This document shows, piece after piece, positions 8,664 through 17,847 of a DNA stretch of 64,000 nucleotides (the first letter of the stretch is position 1; each line of letters opens with the position of its first letter). The translations under genes were made by a program, and so were the position numbers. The notes under the pieces are model-generated. The model was not told the origin of the DNA, did not search any database, and saw nothing but the letters and a program-made list of their open reading frames with translations. Source of the stretch: Nitrospirota bacterium (GTDB taxonomy: Bacteria > Nitrospirota > Thermodesulfovibrionia > Thermodesulfovibrionales > SM23-35); the NCBI GenBank assembly GCA_040757475.1, contig JBFLWW010000006.1:622-64621 (forward strand). The letters run 5' to 3'.

Positions 8664-9032
8664 ATGCCAAAGAAGAGGATAGCAATAATAGCATGTAAAA
8701 ACATCAGAGGCATTAGCTGTGCGGGTGGCTGCCTGAAATGCTTCAAGGCAATGGCAGAAAAGGTAGGGGAGTTTGAGCGATGGAAAGATTACGATATAGA
8801 GGTAATTGGCATGGATGATTGTGGAGGTTGCCCTGGTGTAGTAATACCAAAGGTAAAGCTTATGATGGAGATGTGTAAATTATATGAGAGAAATGTAGAT
8901 GCCATTCACCTGGGAACATGTATAAAAATGGCTACAGGAACAGCAGAGTGCCCGATCGATATTGAGAAGCTTAAAATATTAATCGGAGAGAAGTTCCAGA
9001 AAGAGGTAATCCTGGGGACTCACCTTTATTGA
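8664..9032 (+). CDS. CGGC-domain protein
   Basis: Cys-rich protein (CKNIRGISCAGGCLKC, DDCGGCPG) of small size, consistent with the CGGC family. Strong SD (AAAGGAGG). Confidence 0.6.
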   Translation: MPKKRIAIIACKNIRGISCAGGCLKCFKAMAEKVGEFERWKDYDIEVIGMDDCGGCPGVVIPKVKLMMEMCKLYERNVDAIHLGTCIKMATGTAECPIDIEKLKILIGEKFQKEVILGTHLY

Positions 9033-9033
9033 A

Positions 9034-10290
9034 GTGCACAGATCGATGAACCGGGATTGGGATACAAAAGAAAAATTTATCACAGACATAAATGAATGGA
9101 AAAAGAAATTTCCGGTCATCCATGAATTTGTTGTTAGCGATAACGGCGAGAAAATATCTGCTGTTGTTGAGATAGCAGATAAAAAGGTAGCCCCATGTAT
9201 AAATGGAGTAGCATGGGGAAATACCTTTGAAAAGGCATGGTCACTCAGATTTACCCCTGATAATCATCTGGCATGTTTGGTATTACGAGATTATGAGTGG
9301 ACTGTAGCTATTGATGAAAAGTCATGGGAAGAAAAATTTGATTTTGCATGGGATATGAGGCTAAGCCCTGATGGAAAGAGCATCGCAGTAAATATAAAAA
9401 AGGATGATAGATACGGAGTTTCCTTAAATGGCAGGACATGGGAAAATAAATTTTTTGGTGCAAAGGATGTTGTTATCAGTCCTGATGGAAAGAGGACTGC
9501 ATGCTGTGTAAAGACAAAAAATCCTGGTGCACTGGATATCTTTGGTTTTTCTGAAGGAATTCTCAGCATTGCAGTAGATGGAAAGCCATGGGACAAAAAT
9601 TTTTTAAGCACCACGGGAATTACATTCAGCTCTGATGGCAATAGAGTAGCAGGAGGTGTAAGGTTAGATCGTTCGATATTCACGGTTGCAGTAGATGGAA
9701 ACTTGTGGGGAGAAACCTTTGCCGGTATATGGGAGCCAGTCTTCAGACCCGGAAGTGACGATGTAGTTGCCCCAGTGAAAACAGATAAGGGCTGGACCCT
9801 CGCAATGAATGGGATGCCATTCTGGAACCGGAATTTTAATCAGCTCTGGAATCAGAGATATAGCCCGGATGGACAGAGGATAACAGCTATTGTTGCTACT
9901 GACTTCGGTAAATGGACAGTAGCGGTGGATGGCACTGCATGGAAGAGGACATTCGGTGCAGTCTTCTCTCCGGTATTCAGTCCAGATAGTAAAAGGGTTG
10001 CAGCTATTGTCAAAGAGAACAATAGATGGACAATTGCTGTGGATGGCACTACATGGGAAAAGGATTTTGACATGATATGGGAGCCTGTTTTCAGCCCTGA
10101 TAGTGCTAAAGTGGCAGCTAAGGCTGAAATAAATGGCAGGTTTGTTGTTGTAATTGATGGCAGGATTGGGAGATATAAGTTCGATACACTCTGGAATCCT
10201 GTTTTCAGTCCAGATGGAGAGAAACTATTAATAAGATGTATCGAGGAGGGGAGATATTATCGTCGGGTAGTGCCGATAGATGAAATCTAA
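9034..10290 (+). CDS. Repeat protein, probable beta-propeller (about 9 repeats of ~40 aa, W..F...W.P.FSPDG)
   Basis: The recurring motif ...W(E/G)..F...W.(P/L).(F/S)SPDGK..A is visible along the whole ORF. It resembles PD40/TolB-type or WG-type repeats. No signal peptide. Confidence 0.55.
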   Translation: MHRSMNRDWDTKEKFITDINEWKKKFPVIHEFVVSDNGEKISAVVEIADKKVAPCINGVAWGNTFEKAWSLRFTPDNHLACLVLRDYEWTVAIDEKSWEEKFDFAWDMRLSPDGKSIAVNIKKDDRYGVSLNGRTWENKFFGAKDVVISPDGKRTACCVKTKNPGALDIFGFSEGILSIAVDGKPWDKNFLSTTGITFSSDGNRVAGGVRLDRSIFTVAVDGNLWGETFAGIWEPVFRPGSDDVVAPVKTDKGWTLAMNGMPFWNRNFNQLWNQRYSPDGQRITAIVATDFGKWTVAVDGTAWKRTFGAVFSPVFSPDSKRVAAIVKENNRWTIAVDGTTWEKDFDMIWEPVFSPDSAKVAAKAEINGRFVVVIDGRIGRYKFDTLWNPVFSPDGEKLLIRCIEEGRYYRRVVPIDEI

Positions 10291-10293
10291 ACA

Positions 10294-10971
10294 ATGTATG
10301 AATCCCTGACAGGCTCTTCAGTATATAACTTCGTAAGAGGCCCCCTCATATGGGCCTCATTCATTATCTTTATCGGAGGGAGTCTTTATAGAATAATCTC
10401 TGTTCTCTCTCTGGCAAAGAAGGATAAGATAGTTTATCCCTATATGAGTTTAAAATATAGCCTGCGTTCCATCCTCCACTGGATTATCCCGTTTGCAAGT
10501 ACTAATATGAGAAAACGCTCCACGATAACTACTGTAGCCTTCCTTTTTCATATCTGCCTGATTCTCACACCTGTATTTCTTATTGCACATAATACCCTCT
10601 GGTACGAATCATGGAAGATAAGGTGGTGGACTATATCTGAAGTAATGGCAGACATAATGACACTGACAGTTATATTCTGTTCTCTCTTATTACTTATAAG
10701 AAGAATCACCTCACCTGAGGTCAGGTTTGTTACCTCTACTTCTGACTATATCATGCTTGCGATTGCTACTGTGCCATTTATCACTGGATTTCTGGCACAT
10801 CATCAATTATTTCTTCCATATAAACCTATGGTAATACTTCACATCCTCTCGGGAGAGATTATGCTGATAACTATACCTTTTACACGATTAAGCCATATGT
10901 TCTTTTTCTGGTTAACACGGGCATATATGGGTTCGGACTTTGGCGCTGTTCGGCACTCAAAAGACTGGTGA
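10294..10971 (+). CDS. hmcE: NarI/DsrM/HmcE-like membrane b-type cytochrome subunit
   Basis: 225-aa polytopic membrane protein with conserved His in TM helices. It directly precedes an HdrD/DsrK-like Fe-S protein. Confidence 0.6.
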   Translation: MYESLTGSSVYNFVRGPLIWASFIIFIGGSLYRIISVLSLAKKDKIVYPYMSLKYSLRSILHWIIPFASTNMRKRSTITTVAFLFHICLILTPVFLIAHNTLWYESWKIRWWTISEVMADIMTLTVIFCSLLLLIRRITSPEVRFVTSTSDYIMLAIATVPFITGFLAHHQLFLPYKPMVILHILSGEIMLITIPFTRLSHMFFFWLTRAYMGSDFGAVRHSKDW

Positions 10972-10994
10972 GTTTATTCAATGGAGGATAACCG

Positions 10995-12329
10995 ATGATT
11001 AAGGTTGAAAGAAAAACTGTTATTGACCCAGGTATAGATGAAACAGTAAAAAACCTTAATCCTGAAAAAATAGAGAAGACAATAAAGCAGGTTCTTGAGA
11101 AAGAATCTGCTGCGAGATTGAGGACCTATATACAGACATGTATGCACTGCGGGCTCTGTTCTGAGGCTTGCCATTATTACCTTTCTTATAATAGGGACCC
11201 AAGTTACTCACCAGCAGGTAAGGTCAGGCAGACCTTATGGGAGATATCGAAAAGAAATGGAAGGGTTGATGGAGAATTCATTAAGAGATATGCCCACATA
11301 TCCTATGCTGAATGCAATCTCTGCCGGCGTTGCAGTATGTATTGTCCTTTCGGGATAGATATAGCATATCTGATGTTCCTCGGCCGCCGCATATGTAATC
11401 TGCTCAAAGTAGTACCACGATATCTACAGGATCAGGCCAATAGCCATATGGTTACAGCAAGCCAGGCATGGGTTCCAGAGGATGACTGGATCGATACTGT
11501 CCAGTGGCTTGAGGAAGAGCTCAGACTGGAGATAAAGAATGGCAGGATCCCTCTCGACAGGGAAGGTGCCGAGATCATGTATGCACCCCACAGCCTTGAG
11601 GCAAAATTTAAAACGCACCTTTTAGTCAACTTTGCCAAGATTATGGCAGTAGCCGGAATTGATTGGACAATGCCTTCCACAGAGGGCTGGGATAGCACAA
11701 ACCAGGCCATGCATGCAGGTGACTTTGAGACAATGGGGATAATCGAACGAAAACAATTCGAAGCTGCATTCAGATTAAAGGTGAAAAAGATTGTAACAAG
11801 TGAATGCGGGCATTCATTCAGGGCTGCTGTCTATGAGGGTACAAGGTGGCTTGGCTGGAAAGAACCTCCGATAACATATATCCATCCTGTAGAGCTTTTT
11901 TACGGGCTTATCAAGGAGGGAAGGATAAAGATAGATAAAAAGATTAAGGAGCCAGTTACTATTCAGGAACCATGCAGTATTGTTAGGAATAGAGGTTTAG
12001 GTGACATGCTCCGCTATATTGTAAAAGCAATATGTGAGGACTTTAGAGAGGTCTATCCCCGATACGAGCACAATTACTGCTGTTGCGCTGGTGCAGGGGT
12101 AATTAACTATGGGCCACCATGGAAATTCATAAGGATGGAAGGGGGCCGTGTAAAGATTGAACAACTGAAGGCAACAGGCGCAAAGATTGTGATTGCACCG
12201 TGCCATAGCTGTCATAAAACTATAGAAGAGATGATAGAACATTATAAAGCAGGCATGTATGTTGAGTTCTTCAGTGAGATACTGGTCGAGACAATGAAGA
12301 TACCTGAGGAAATGAGGGTAGTTAAGTAG
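10995..12329 (+). CDS. hmcF: HdrD/DsrK/HmcF-like cytoplasmic Fe-S protein (2x [4Fe-4S] motifs plus CCG domains)
   Basis: CMHCGLCSEACHY and CNLCRRCSMYCPFGIDI. CCG-type motifs EHNYCCCAGAG and PCHSCHK. Confidence 0.7.
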   Translation: MIKVERKTVIDPGIDETVKNLNPEKIEKTIKQVLEKESAARLRTYIQTCMHCGLCSEACHYYLSYNRDPSYSPAGKVRQTLWEISKRNGRVDGEFIKRYAHISYAECNLCRRCSMYCPFGIDIAYLMFLGRRICNLLKVVPRYLQDQANSHMVTASQAWVPEDDWIDTVQWLEEELRLEIKNGRIPLDREGAEIMYAPHSLEAKFKTHLLVNFAKIMAVAGIDWTMPSTEGWDSTNQAMHAGDFETMGIIERKQFEAAFRLKVKKIVTSECGHSFRAAVYEGTRWLGWKEPPITYIHPVELFYGLIKEGRIKIDKKIKEPVTIQEPCSIVRNRGLGDMLRYIVKAICEDFREVYPRYEHNYCCCAGAGVINYGPPWKFIRMEGGRVKIEQLKATGAKIVIAPCHSCHKTIEEMIEHYKAGMYVEFFSEILVETMKIPEEMRVVK

Positions 12330-12407
12330 ATTAGTGATGGGTCTATTAAGTAATGCAATAGGTATGTCATTCCCCGATTAAATCGGGGAATGACAGAATA
12401 TACATAA

Positions 12408-13994
12408 GTGATGAGCAAGAAGTTTTTTAGCTTAATCTTCATAGTAACAGCCATGTACCTTATATCCTTAATCTCCGGGACACAGGATATTTATCCCCTT
12501 GAAGATAAGAAGAAGGCTGGAGGCAAACCCGAGGAGAGGATCATTATTGCTCATACAGAGATATTCGGAAAGTTAGAGCGACCGCAGGTAGTATTTGACC
12601 ATGGTAAACATTCCGATGCCCTTAAAAAAGAGGGTTGTGAGACATGCCACCCTGCTAATAAAGAAGAGGGTTTAATCTTCGAATATCCTTTCAAACAGGT
12701 TATGAAAGATAAGGAATCGATGATGAATCTATATCATGAGAAATGTATTGATTGCCATAAAAAAAGGATAAAGGAAAAAAAGAAGGCAGGGCCCCTCACA
12801 TGTGGAGAGTGTCATAGAAAAGAGCTTGAATCTATAAAGATTAAATATCCAATCTTCGAATTCGACTTTTATTATCATAGAAAGCATGTCAAAAAGCTTA
12901 AAAATGATTGTATCCTATGCCACCATATCTATGATGAAGATGACGAGGAATTAGTCTATGAAGAAGGAACAGAGCAGTCGTGCTATTATTGCCATGAAAC
13001 GAGAAAGAAAAAGGGCCCTTTATTAGAAGTTGAGGCCCGTGTCATAGATAAAAAGGGCCTTACAATAAAAAAGGTCTCTCATCTTAGGTGTCTGAACTGT
13101 CATATAGATCGTAACAAGAGGGGACTGAAGGCAGGCCCTCTTGTCTGTTCAAAATGTCATACTGGAAAATATAAAACAGTAGCTGAGCTTGCAAAGATTA
13201 CCCGACCCGACCGTGAACAGCCTGAAAAAACCCTTATAAACATCGAGGATGCGAGGATGAAGAGGGTTCTTTTTGATCACAAATCTCATGAGAAAAAGAC
13301 AAAGACATGCCGGGGCTGCCACCATGAGACATTGAATGCCTGCAAAAAATGCCACGGTCTCTCAGGGAGTCCTGATGGGAAATGGGTCAATCTCTCGAGT
13401 GCATACCATGATGCACTTTCTGAAAAGAGCTGTACCGGCTGTCATGGAATCAAGAAATCAGAGAAGGGTTGTACAGGATGCCACCACCATTTACAGGAGA
13501 TAGATTATCAGGCAATAGGTGAGAAAAAAGCAATATGTAGTCTGTGCCACAGGGGTAAAAAAGAAGCTCTTGTGGGGAGCCCATCCATTTCTGTCTACGA
13601 GATTTATACACAGAAGATTCACAAAAAGATAAAAATAAAGACCCTCGAAAGGGAATATGAACCGGCTATATTCCCACATCTTAAGGTTATTAAGAAATTA
13701 GTCCAGATCTCTAATGGAAGTAAAATGGCGACCTATTTCCATAGAAATCTGCAGACCATCTGTGAGGGTTGCCATCATAACAGACATCTCGAAGCCGAGG
13801 CTAAAAAGAATACCCCACCATCTTGCAGAAACTGCCACCCTATCTCTTTTGATCCACAGAACATAAACAAGCCAAGGCTACTCGCAGCCTATCATCGCCG
13901 GTGTATAGGTTGCCATGAAAAGATGGAACTCAAACCCATGGAATGTAAAGATTGTCATAAAGAAAAGGCTGTACGCACGGCTAAAGGAGGATGA
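12408..13994 (+). CDS. hmcA: 16-heme high-molecular-weight cytochrome c (HmcA-like)
   Basis: Signal peptide followed by 16 CxxCH motifs counted in the translation (CETCH ... CKDCH). 528 aa. Confidence 0.8.
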   Translation: MMSKKFFSLIFIVTAMYLISLISGTQDIYPLEDKKKAGGKPEERIIIAHTEIFGKLERPQVVFDHGKHSDALKKEGCETCHPANKEEGLIFEYPFKQVMKDKESMMNLYHEKCIDCHKKRIKEKKKAGPLTCGECHRKELESIKIKYPIFEFDFYYHRKHVKKLKNDCILCHHIYDEDDEELVYEEGTEQSCYYCHETRKKKGPLLEVEARVIDKKGLTIKKVSHLRCLNCHIDRNKRGLKAGPLVCSKCHTGKYKTVAELAKITRPDREQPEKTLINIEDARMKRVLFDHKSHEKKTKTCRGCHHETLNACKKCHGLSGSPDGKWVNLSSAYHDALSEKSCTGCHGIKKSEKGCTGCHHHLQEIDYQAIGEKKAICSLCHRGKKEALVGSPSISVYEIYTQKIHKKIKIKTLEREYEPAIFPHLKVIKKLVQISNGSKMATYFHRNLQTICEGCHHNRHLEAEAKKNTPPSCRNCHPISFDPQNINKPRLLAAYHRRCIGCHEKMELKPMECKDCHKEKAVRTAKGG

Positions 13995-13998
13995 TGAA

Positions 13999-14115
13999 AT
14001 GTATATCTTTGATCAAATCTTTAATACAGTGAAGGGCCATGAATACTTAATAGCTGTTTTATCACTTTTTATATTTATATTTTTCTACAAACTCCTCAGC
14101 ACAGAGAAAAAATAA
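13999..14115 (+). CDS. Small single-TM protein (possible HmcD analogue)
   Basis: ATG at 13999, 8 nt after AAGGAGG. The 38-aa product has the hydrophobic stretch LIAVLSLFIFIFFY and lies between the hmcA-like and hmcB-like genes. Confidence 0.4.
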   Translation: MYIFDQIFNTVKGHEYLIAVLSLFIFIFFYKLLSTEKK

Positions 14116-14130
14116 GACACGGAGGTATCC

Positions 14131-15024
14131 ATGGGAATCAGTAGAAGGGAATTCTTAAAAAGGACAGCAGCAATCGCAGGGGCTACCCTGATTGGTAGTA
14201 ACACAGATCTCCTTGCTCGTGAAGGTTCACTCAGTCCTGACCGCTATGGTGTGCTTGTTGATATAACACTCTGTACTGGATGTAGAAGATGCGAGTGGTC
14301 ATGCAACGAATGGAATAAAAATCCGAATCGTCCGATAAAAGAGTTTGAAGATAAATCTATCTTTGAAAAAATAAGAAGGACGGATGCAAATACATTTACA
14401 GTGGTCAATCGCTTTCTTAGCCACAGGGATGGGAAGCCCATCTATGTCAAAAAACAGTGCATGCACTGTGAGGAGCCGGCCTGTGTCTCAGCATGTTTTG
14501 TTAATGCATTTAAAAAGGTGCCGGATGGAGCGGTCATATATAACCCGAGTCTATGTATGGGTTGTCGTTATTGTATGATTGCCTGCCCCTTTGATGTTCC
14601 TGCTTATGAGTATTATGAACCCATTAATCCAAGGGTCAGAAAATGCACATTCTGTTTTGACAAAATCAGTAAAGAAGGAGGTATACCTGCATGTGTCGAG
14701 ATCTGCACTACAGAGGCACTTAGATTCGGAAAAAGAGATGAACTGCTTGATCTTGCCCATAAAAGGATAAGGGATAATCCGCACAGATATGTTGACTATA
14801 TTTATGGAGAGCATGAGGTTGGCGGAACGAGCTGGCTATACCTGTCCTCTGTTCCTTTTGAAGAGATTGGTTTCAGAACAGACCTCGGAAAAACACCAAT
14901 CCCAAAACTGAGTGAGGGCTTTCTCTTTATAGTAAAAATGTTTGAGATAGCTGTTGCCTGGCCACTTGTTTTTGCTGCATTTTATGCCATATCAAAGATG
15001 CAAGATAAAAAGGAGAGGAATTAA
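14131..15024 (+). CDS. hmcB: Tat-exported 4x[4Fe-4S] ferredoxin-like subunit with C-terminal TM anchor (HmcB-like)
   Basis: Twin-arginine signal SRREFLKRTAAIAG. Four Cys clusters (CTGCRRCEWSC, CMHCEEPACVSAC, CMGCRYCMIACP, CTFC...CVEIC). Confidence 0.75.
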   Translation: MGISRREFLKRTAAIAGATLIGSNTDLLAREGSLSPDRYGVLVDITLCTGCRRCEWSCNEWNKNPNRPIKEFEDKSIFEKIRRTDANTFTVVNRFLSHRDGKPIYVKKQCMHCEEPACVSACFVNAFKKVPDGAVIYNPSLCMGCRYCMIACPFDVPAYEYYEPINPRVRKCTFCFDKISKEGGIPACVEICTTEALRFGKRDELLDLAHKRIRDNPHRYVDYIYGEHEVGGTSWLYLSSVPFEEIGFRTDLGKTPIPKLSEGFLFIVKMFEIAVAWPLVFAAFYAISKMQDKKERN

Positions 15025-15025
15025 G

Positions 15026-16219
15026 ATGGAGTGGGTTCGTAATAAGTTATTCCTTGGGATGACCTTCCGCCAATATCTGAGAAGCAGTCTTACTCTGTCC
15101 AACGGTATCGCAGCACTTATTTTGATTATTGCAATCCCGGTAATGGTATACCGGTTCGTTTGTGGCCTCGGTCCTTCAACCAACCTCTCAGATACCAATC
15201 CATGGGGAATCTGGATTGGTGTTGATGTGATGAGTGGGATTGCCCTTGCTGCAGGTGGACTTGTCATAAGTACAGCCTATCATCTTTTCGGGATGAAGGA
15301 ATATCATCATCTTGTCAGGCCTGCTATCCTTACAAGCCTCTTAGGATATATATTTGCAGTATTAGGACTCATTTTCGATCTCGGTCGTTACTATCGTCTT
15401 CCTTATCCATTTGTAATCTCCTATGGTCTGTCATCCATCCTGTTTATGATAGCCTGGCATTTCGCATTATATATTTTAGCTCTACTGATTGAATGGAGCC
15501 CTGCCCTGTTCGAATGGTTGAATCTTAGGAGACTTCGTAAATGGTTTAATAAATTGGCTATATGGGCTACTGTCTTCGGAGTAATCATTGCAGGAGGCCA
15601 TCAGTCTGCACTTGGCGCCTTATTTCTCATCACACCCGGGAAACTCCATCCTCTCTGGCATTCAGAACTCCTGCCTGTGTTTTTCCTTATATCAGCTATT
15701 ATTGCAGGGATTTCAATTGTGATTGTTGAAAGCACGCTTACCCATCGAGTCTTCAAAAGGCAGGTTGAAAATTTTGACCATGCTGAATTTGACAGGCTCA
15801 CGATTGGTCTTGGAAGGGCTGCCTCGGCTGCCCTGTTAACTTATCTCTTTCTAAAATTGCTTGGATTGTCTCACTCTAATAACTGGAGTCTCCTTTCTAC
15901 CCCATATGGTTACTGGTTCTTATTGGAGATACTGGGTTTTGTACTTCTTCCTGCCTTTCTATTTTCCTATGGCGTAAGAAACAAGAATGTTAAAGTTGTA
16001 CGGCGAACAGCCCTTTTAACTGTAATTGGAGTTGTGCTGAACCGTGTTAATATAGCGATAATCGCATTTAACTGGAATGCACCACAGCGGTATTATCCCA
16101 AGTGGACAGAGATGGTTATCAGTATCGGCCTCGTAACCATAGGTGTCCTTGCCTTCCGCTGGATTGTGAACCGAATGGCCATCCTTTATGACCACCCGGA
16201 TTATAAATTACCACACTAA
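15026..16219 (+). CDS. hmcC: NrfD/PsrC-family integral membrane subunit (HmcC-like)
   Basis: ATG at 15026, just after the hmcB-like stop and with an SD (AGGAGAGG). About 10 TM helices. Confidence 0.7.
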   Translation: MEWVRNKLFLGMTFRQYLRSSLTLSNGIAALILIIAIPVMVYRFVCGLGPSTNLSDTNPWGIWIGVDVMSGIALAAGGLVISTAYHLFGMKEYHHLVRPAILTSLLGYIFAVLGLIFDLGRYYRLPYPFVISYGLSSILFMIAWHFALYILALLIEWSPALFEWLNLRRLRKWFNKLAIWATVFGVIIAGGHQSALGALFLITPGKLHPLWHSELLPVFFLISAIIAGISIVIVESTLTHRVFKRQVENFDHAEFDRLTIGLGRAASAALLTYLFLKLLGLSHSNNWSLLSTPYGYWFLLEILGFVLLPAFLFSYGVRNKNVKVVRRTALLTVIGVVLNRVNIAIIAFNWNAPQRYYPKWTEMVISIGLVTIGVLAFRWIVNRMAILYDHPDYKLPH

Positions 16220-16379
16220 ATACCCCTGACCTCTCTTGAGCTTTCAAAAAGCCATAAAACAGATCTTATAAAGAAAAAATGCTTATCAGCAAATTTGGGG
16301 TGTAATTTATTATTAACTATAACTATTAAATAAACTAAATTTTTAATTATATAACATATTGAAAATATTACATTTTCAA

Positions 16380-16409
16380 TTGACAAGCTCCTTCTTTAAT
16401 TTTTAATAT
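16380..16409 (+). promoter_or_regulatory. Candidate sigma70 promoter preceded by a 21-nt palindrome
   Basis: TTGACA at 16380-16385, a 17-18 nt spacer, then TTAATA/TAATAT at 16403-16409. The palindrome TTGAAAAT-attac-ATTTTCAA at 16359-16379 abuts the -35 box. Confidence 0.4.
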
Positions 16410-16455
16410 AAACAAAAAACTTTCCACATTAATCTTAACAGAAAGAGGTGTTTTT

Positions 16456-16752
16456 ATGAGGTTAGGTGTTTTTGTTAGCTATTTTAGATTCAATACAGAT
16501 ACTTATGATAGACTAAGGGCCGAAAAACTGGGCGTTATTTTTGTTCAGAATGGTGTTTATCATGCAACAGTCAAAGAGAATGGTAAGACCTCACCTCTAC
16601 TTGAAAAATCAGCAGATTTTTATGCCCTTAAAGAGGACCTCGAAACAAATGGCTTCAAAAGCTCCGATGTTGATAGCCGTGTTAAGGTAGTTACATTCAA
16701 CGACCTGGTGGATGTGATGTTTAATGACTATGAAAAATTAGTCTGGTTATAG
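16456..16752 (+). CDS. DsrH/TusB-family sulfur-relay protein
   Basis: 98 aa with VIFVQNGVYHA and a DsrH-like size. DsrE/F-like genes follow. Confidence 0.55.
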   Translation: MRLGVFVSYFRFNTDTYDRLRAEKLGVIFVQNGVYHATVKENGKTSPLLEKSADFYALKEDLETNGFKSSDVDSRVKVVTFNDLVDVMFNDYEKLVWL

Positions 16753-16763
16753 GAGGTATAATT

Positions 16764-17126
16764 ATGGGAAAACTTACAATAGGTAGTTTCACTTCTCTTA
16801 TTGGCTCGATGAGTCTTGATTTTGCTGTGAAACTTGCAGAGTCAGCAGTAAATAAAGGATATAAAGTAGATTTCTGGGTTTCTGGTAATGCAACTATGCT
16901 CGGAAAGAAAAATCAGAGCAAGTTTAGAGATTATTCTTACCTCGCCAAGACAGTCCAGGACTTGATAGCCACAGGTAACTTCAGATTTTGTATCTGCGAG
17001 GTATGCGCAAAGGCAAGAGGTATACACAAGGAAGACGCCATGGAAGGTGTGCTTATTCACAGTATGGACTGGTATCTTGCAAGCTGTTTTGACGCAGACA
17101 GGGTTCTGCATATAGGAGGTGAATAA
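16764..17126 (+). CDS. DsrE/TusD-family sulfur-relay protein
   Basis: 120 aa with the Cys-containing motif FCICEVCAKARG, typical of the DsrE active-site region. Confidence 0.6.
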   Translation: MGKLTIGSFTSLIGSMSLDFAVKLAESAVNKGYKVDFWVSGNATMLGKKNQSKFRDYSYLAKTVQDLIATGNFRFCICEVCAKARGIHKEDAMEGVLIHSMDWYLASCFDADRVLHIGGE

Positions 17127-17541
17127 AATGGCAATAAGAAAACTCGCCTTTATAGTTGATAAACTGCCCCATAAGACTGAAACATCACGGCTGGCTTTAA
17201 CCCATGCTATTGCAAGCCAAACCGTAGAAATCTATCTTGAAGATGGTGATAATGTTGAACCCTTCCTCGTATTTATCGGTGATGGGGTTCTAAACTGTGT
17301 AAAGGATCAGAAGGCCATCGATATTTATGGTGTGACAAGTTTAGGGATGCACATACAGAATGCACTACTTGTCGGTCTAAATGTATATGTTTGTAAGGAA
17401 GACCTTGAAAAATTTGGTCTCACAGAAGATTCGATTATCATGGATGCAGCACATTTAGGTGGAGAACTAAAAACACAGATAATTCCATATACTGAGATAG
17501 AAAAGAGAGTCGAGGCGTGCGATCACCTTTTATTCTTCTAA
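17119..17541 (+). CDS. DsrE/DsrF (TusC)-family protein
   Basis: LAFIV..., VFIGDGV and VYVCKEDLEKFGL. An ATG at 17128 is a likely alternative start. Confidence 0.55.
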   Translation: MNKMAIRKLAFIVDKLPHKTETSRLALTHAIASQTVEIYLEDGDNVEPFLVFIGDGVLNCVKDQKAIDIYGVTSLGMHIQNALLVGLNVYVCKEDLEKFGLTEDSIIMDAAHLGGELKTQIIPYTEIEKRVEACDHLLFF

Positions 17542-17595
17542 TTTAAATGTTCTTTCAGGTATAATTATTTACTTTTAAAAAAGAGGCTTAAAACA

Positions 17596-17847
17596 ATGGC
17601 TGATCTGAAATCACAAACACCTACAGAGACACTCGATGTCCTTGGAAGGGTCTGTCCTTATCCGTTGGTACTTACAAAAAAGACGATGGAAAAGCTACCA
17701 AGCGGTGGGATATTAAAAATCCTCTGTGATGCACCTGCATCTGCTGAGGACACAATCCCCAGATACGCTGAAAAGCAGGGTTATAAGTTCGAGTCCGTTA
17801 AACTCGAGGATAAAGGTTACTGGGAGCTTTATATCCAGAAAACCTAG
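17596..17847 (+). CDS. tusA: TusA/SirA-family sulfurtransferase
   Basis: LDVLGRVCPYPLVLTKKTMEKL carries the CPxP active-site motif. 83 aa. Confidence 0.8.
   Translation: MADLKSQTPTETLDVLGRVCPYPLVLTKKTMEKLPSGGILKILCDAPASAEDTIPRYAEKQGYKFESVKLEDKGYWELYIQKT

Noticed and set aside
12365-12395. Hairpin considered as an intrinsic terminator
   Set aside because: No downstream T-tract is present, and it lies inside an apparent operon.
1528-17111. Numerous 60-130 aa ORFs overlapping larger genes on the opposite strand or in other frames (for example 1528-1746, 2533-2796, 3832-4131, 5677-6018, 9291-9683, 14551-14814, 16842-17111)
   Set aside because: All are nested in ORFs with clear family motifs, and none has independent motif or SD support.
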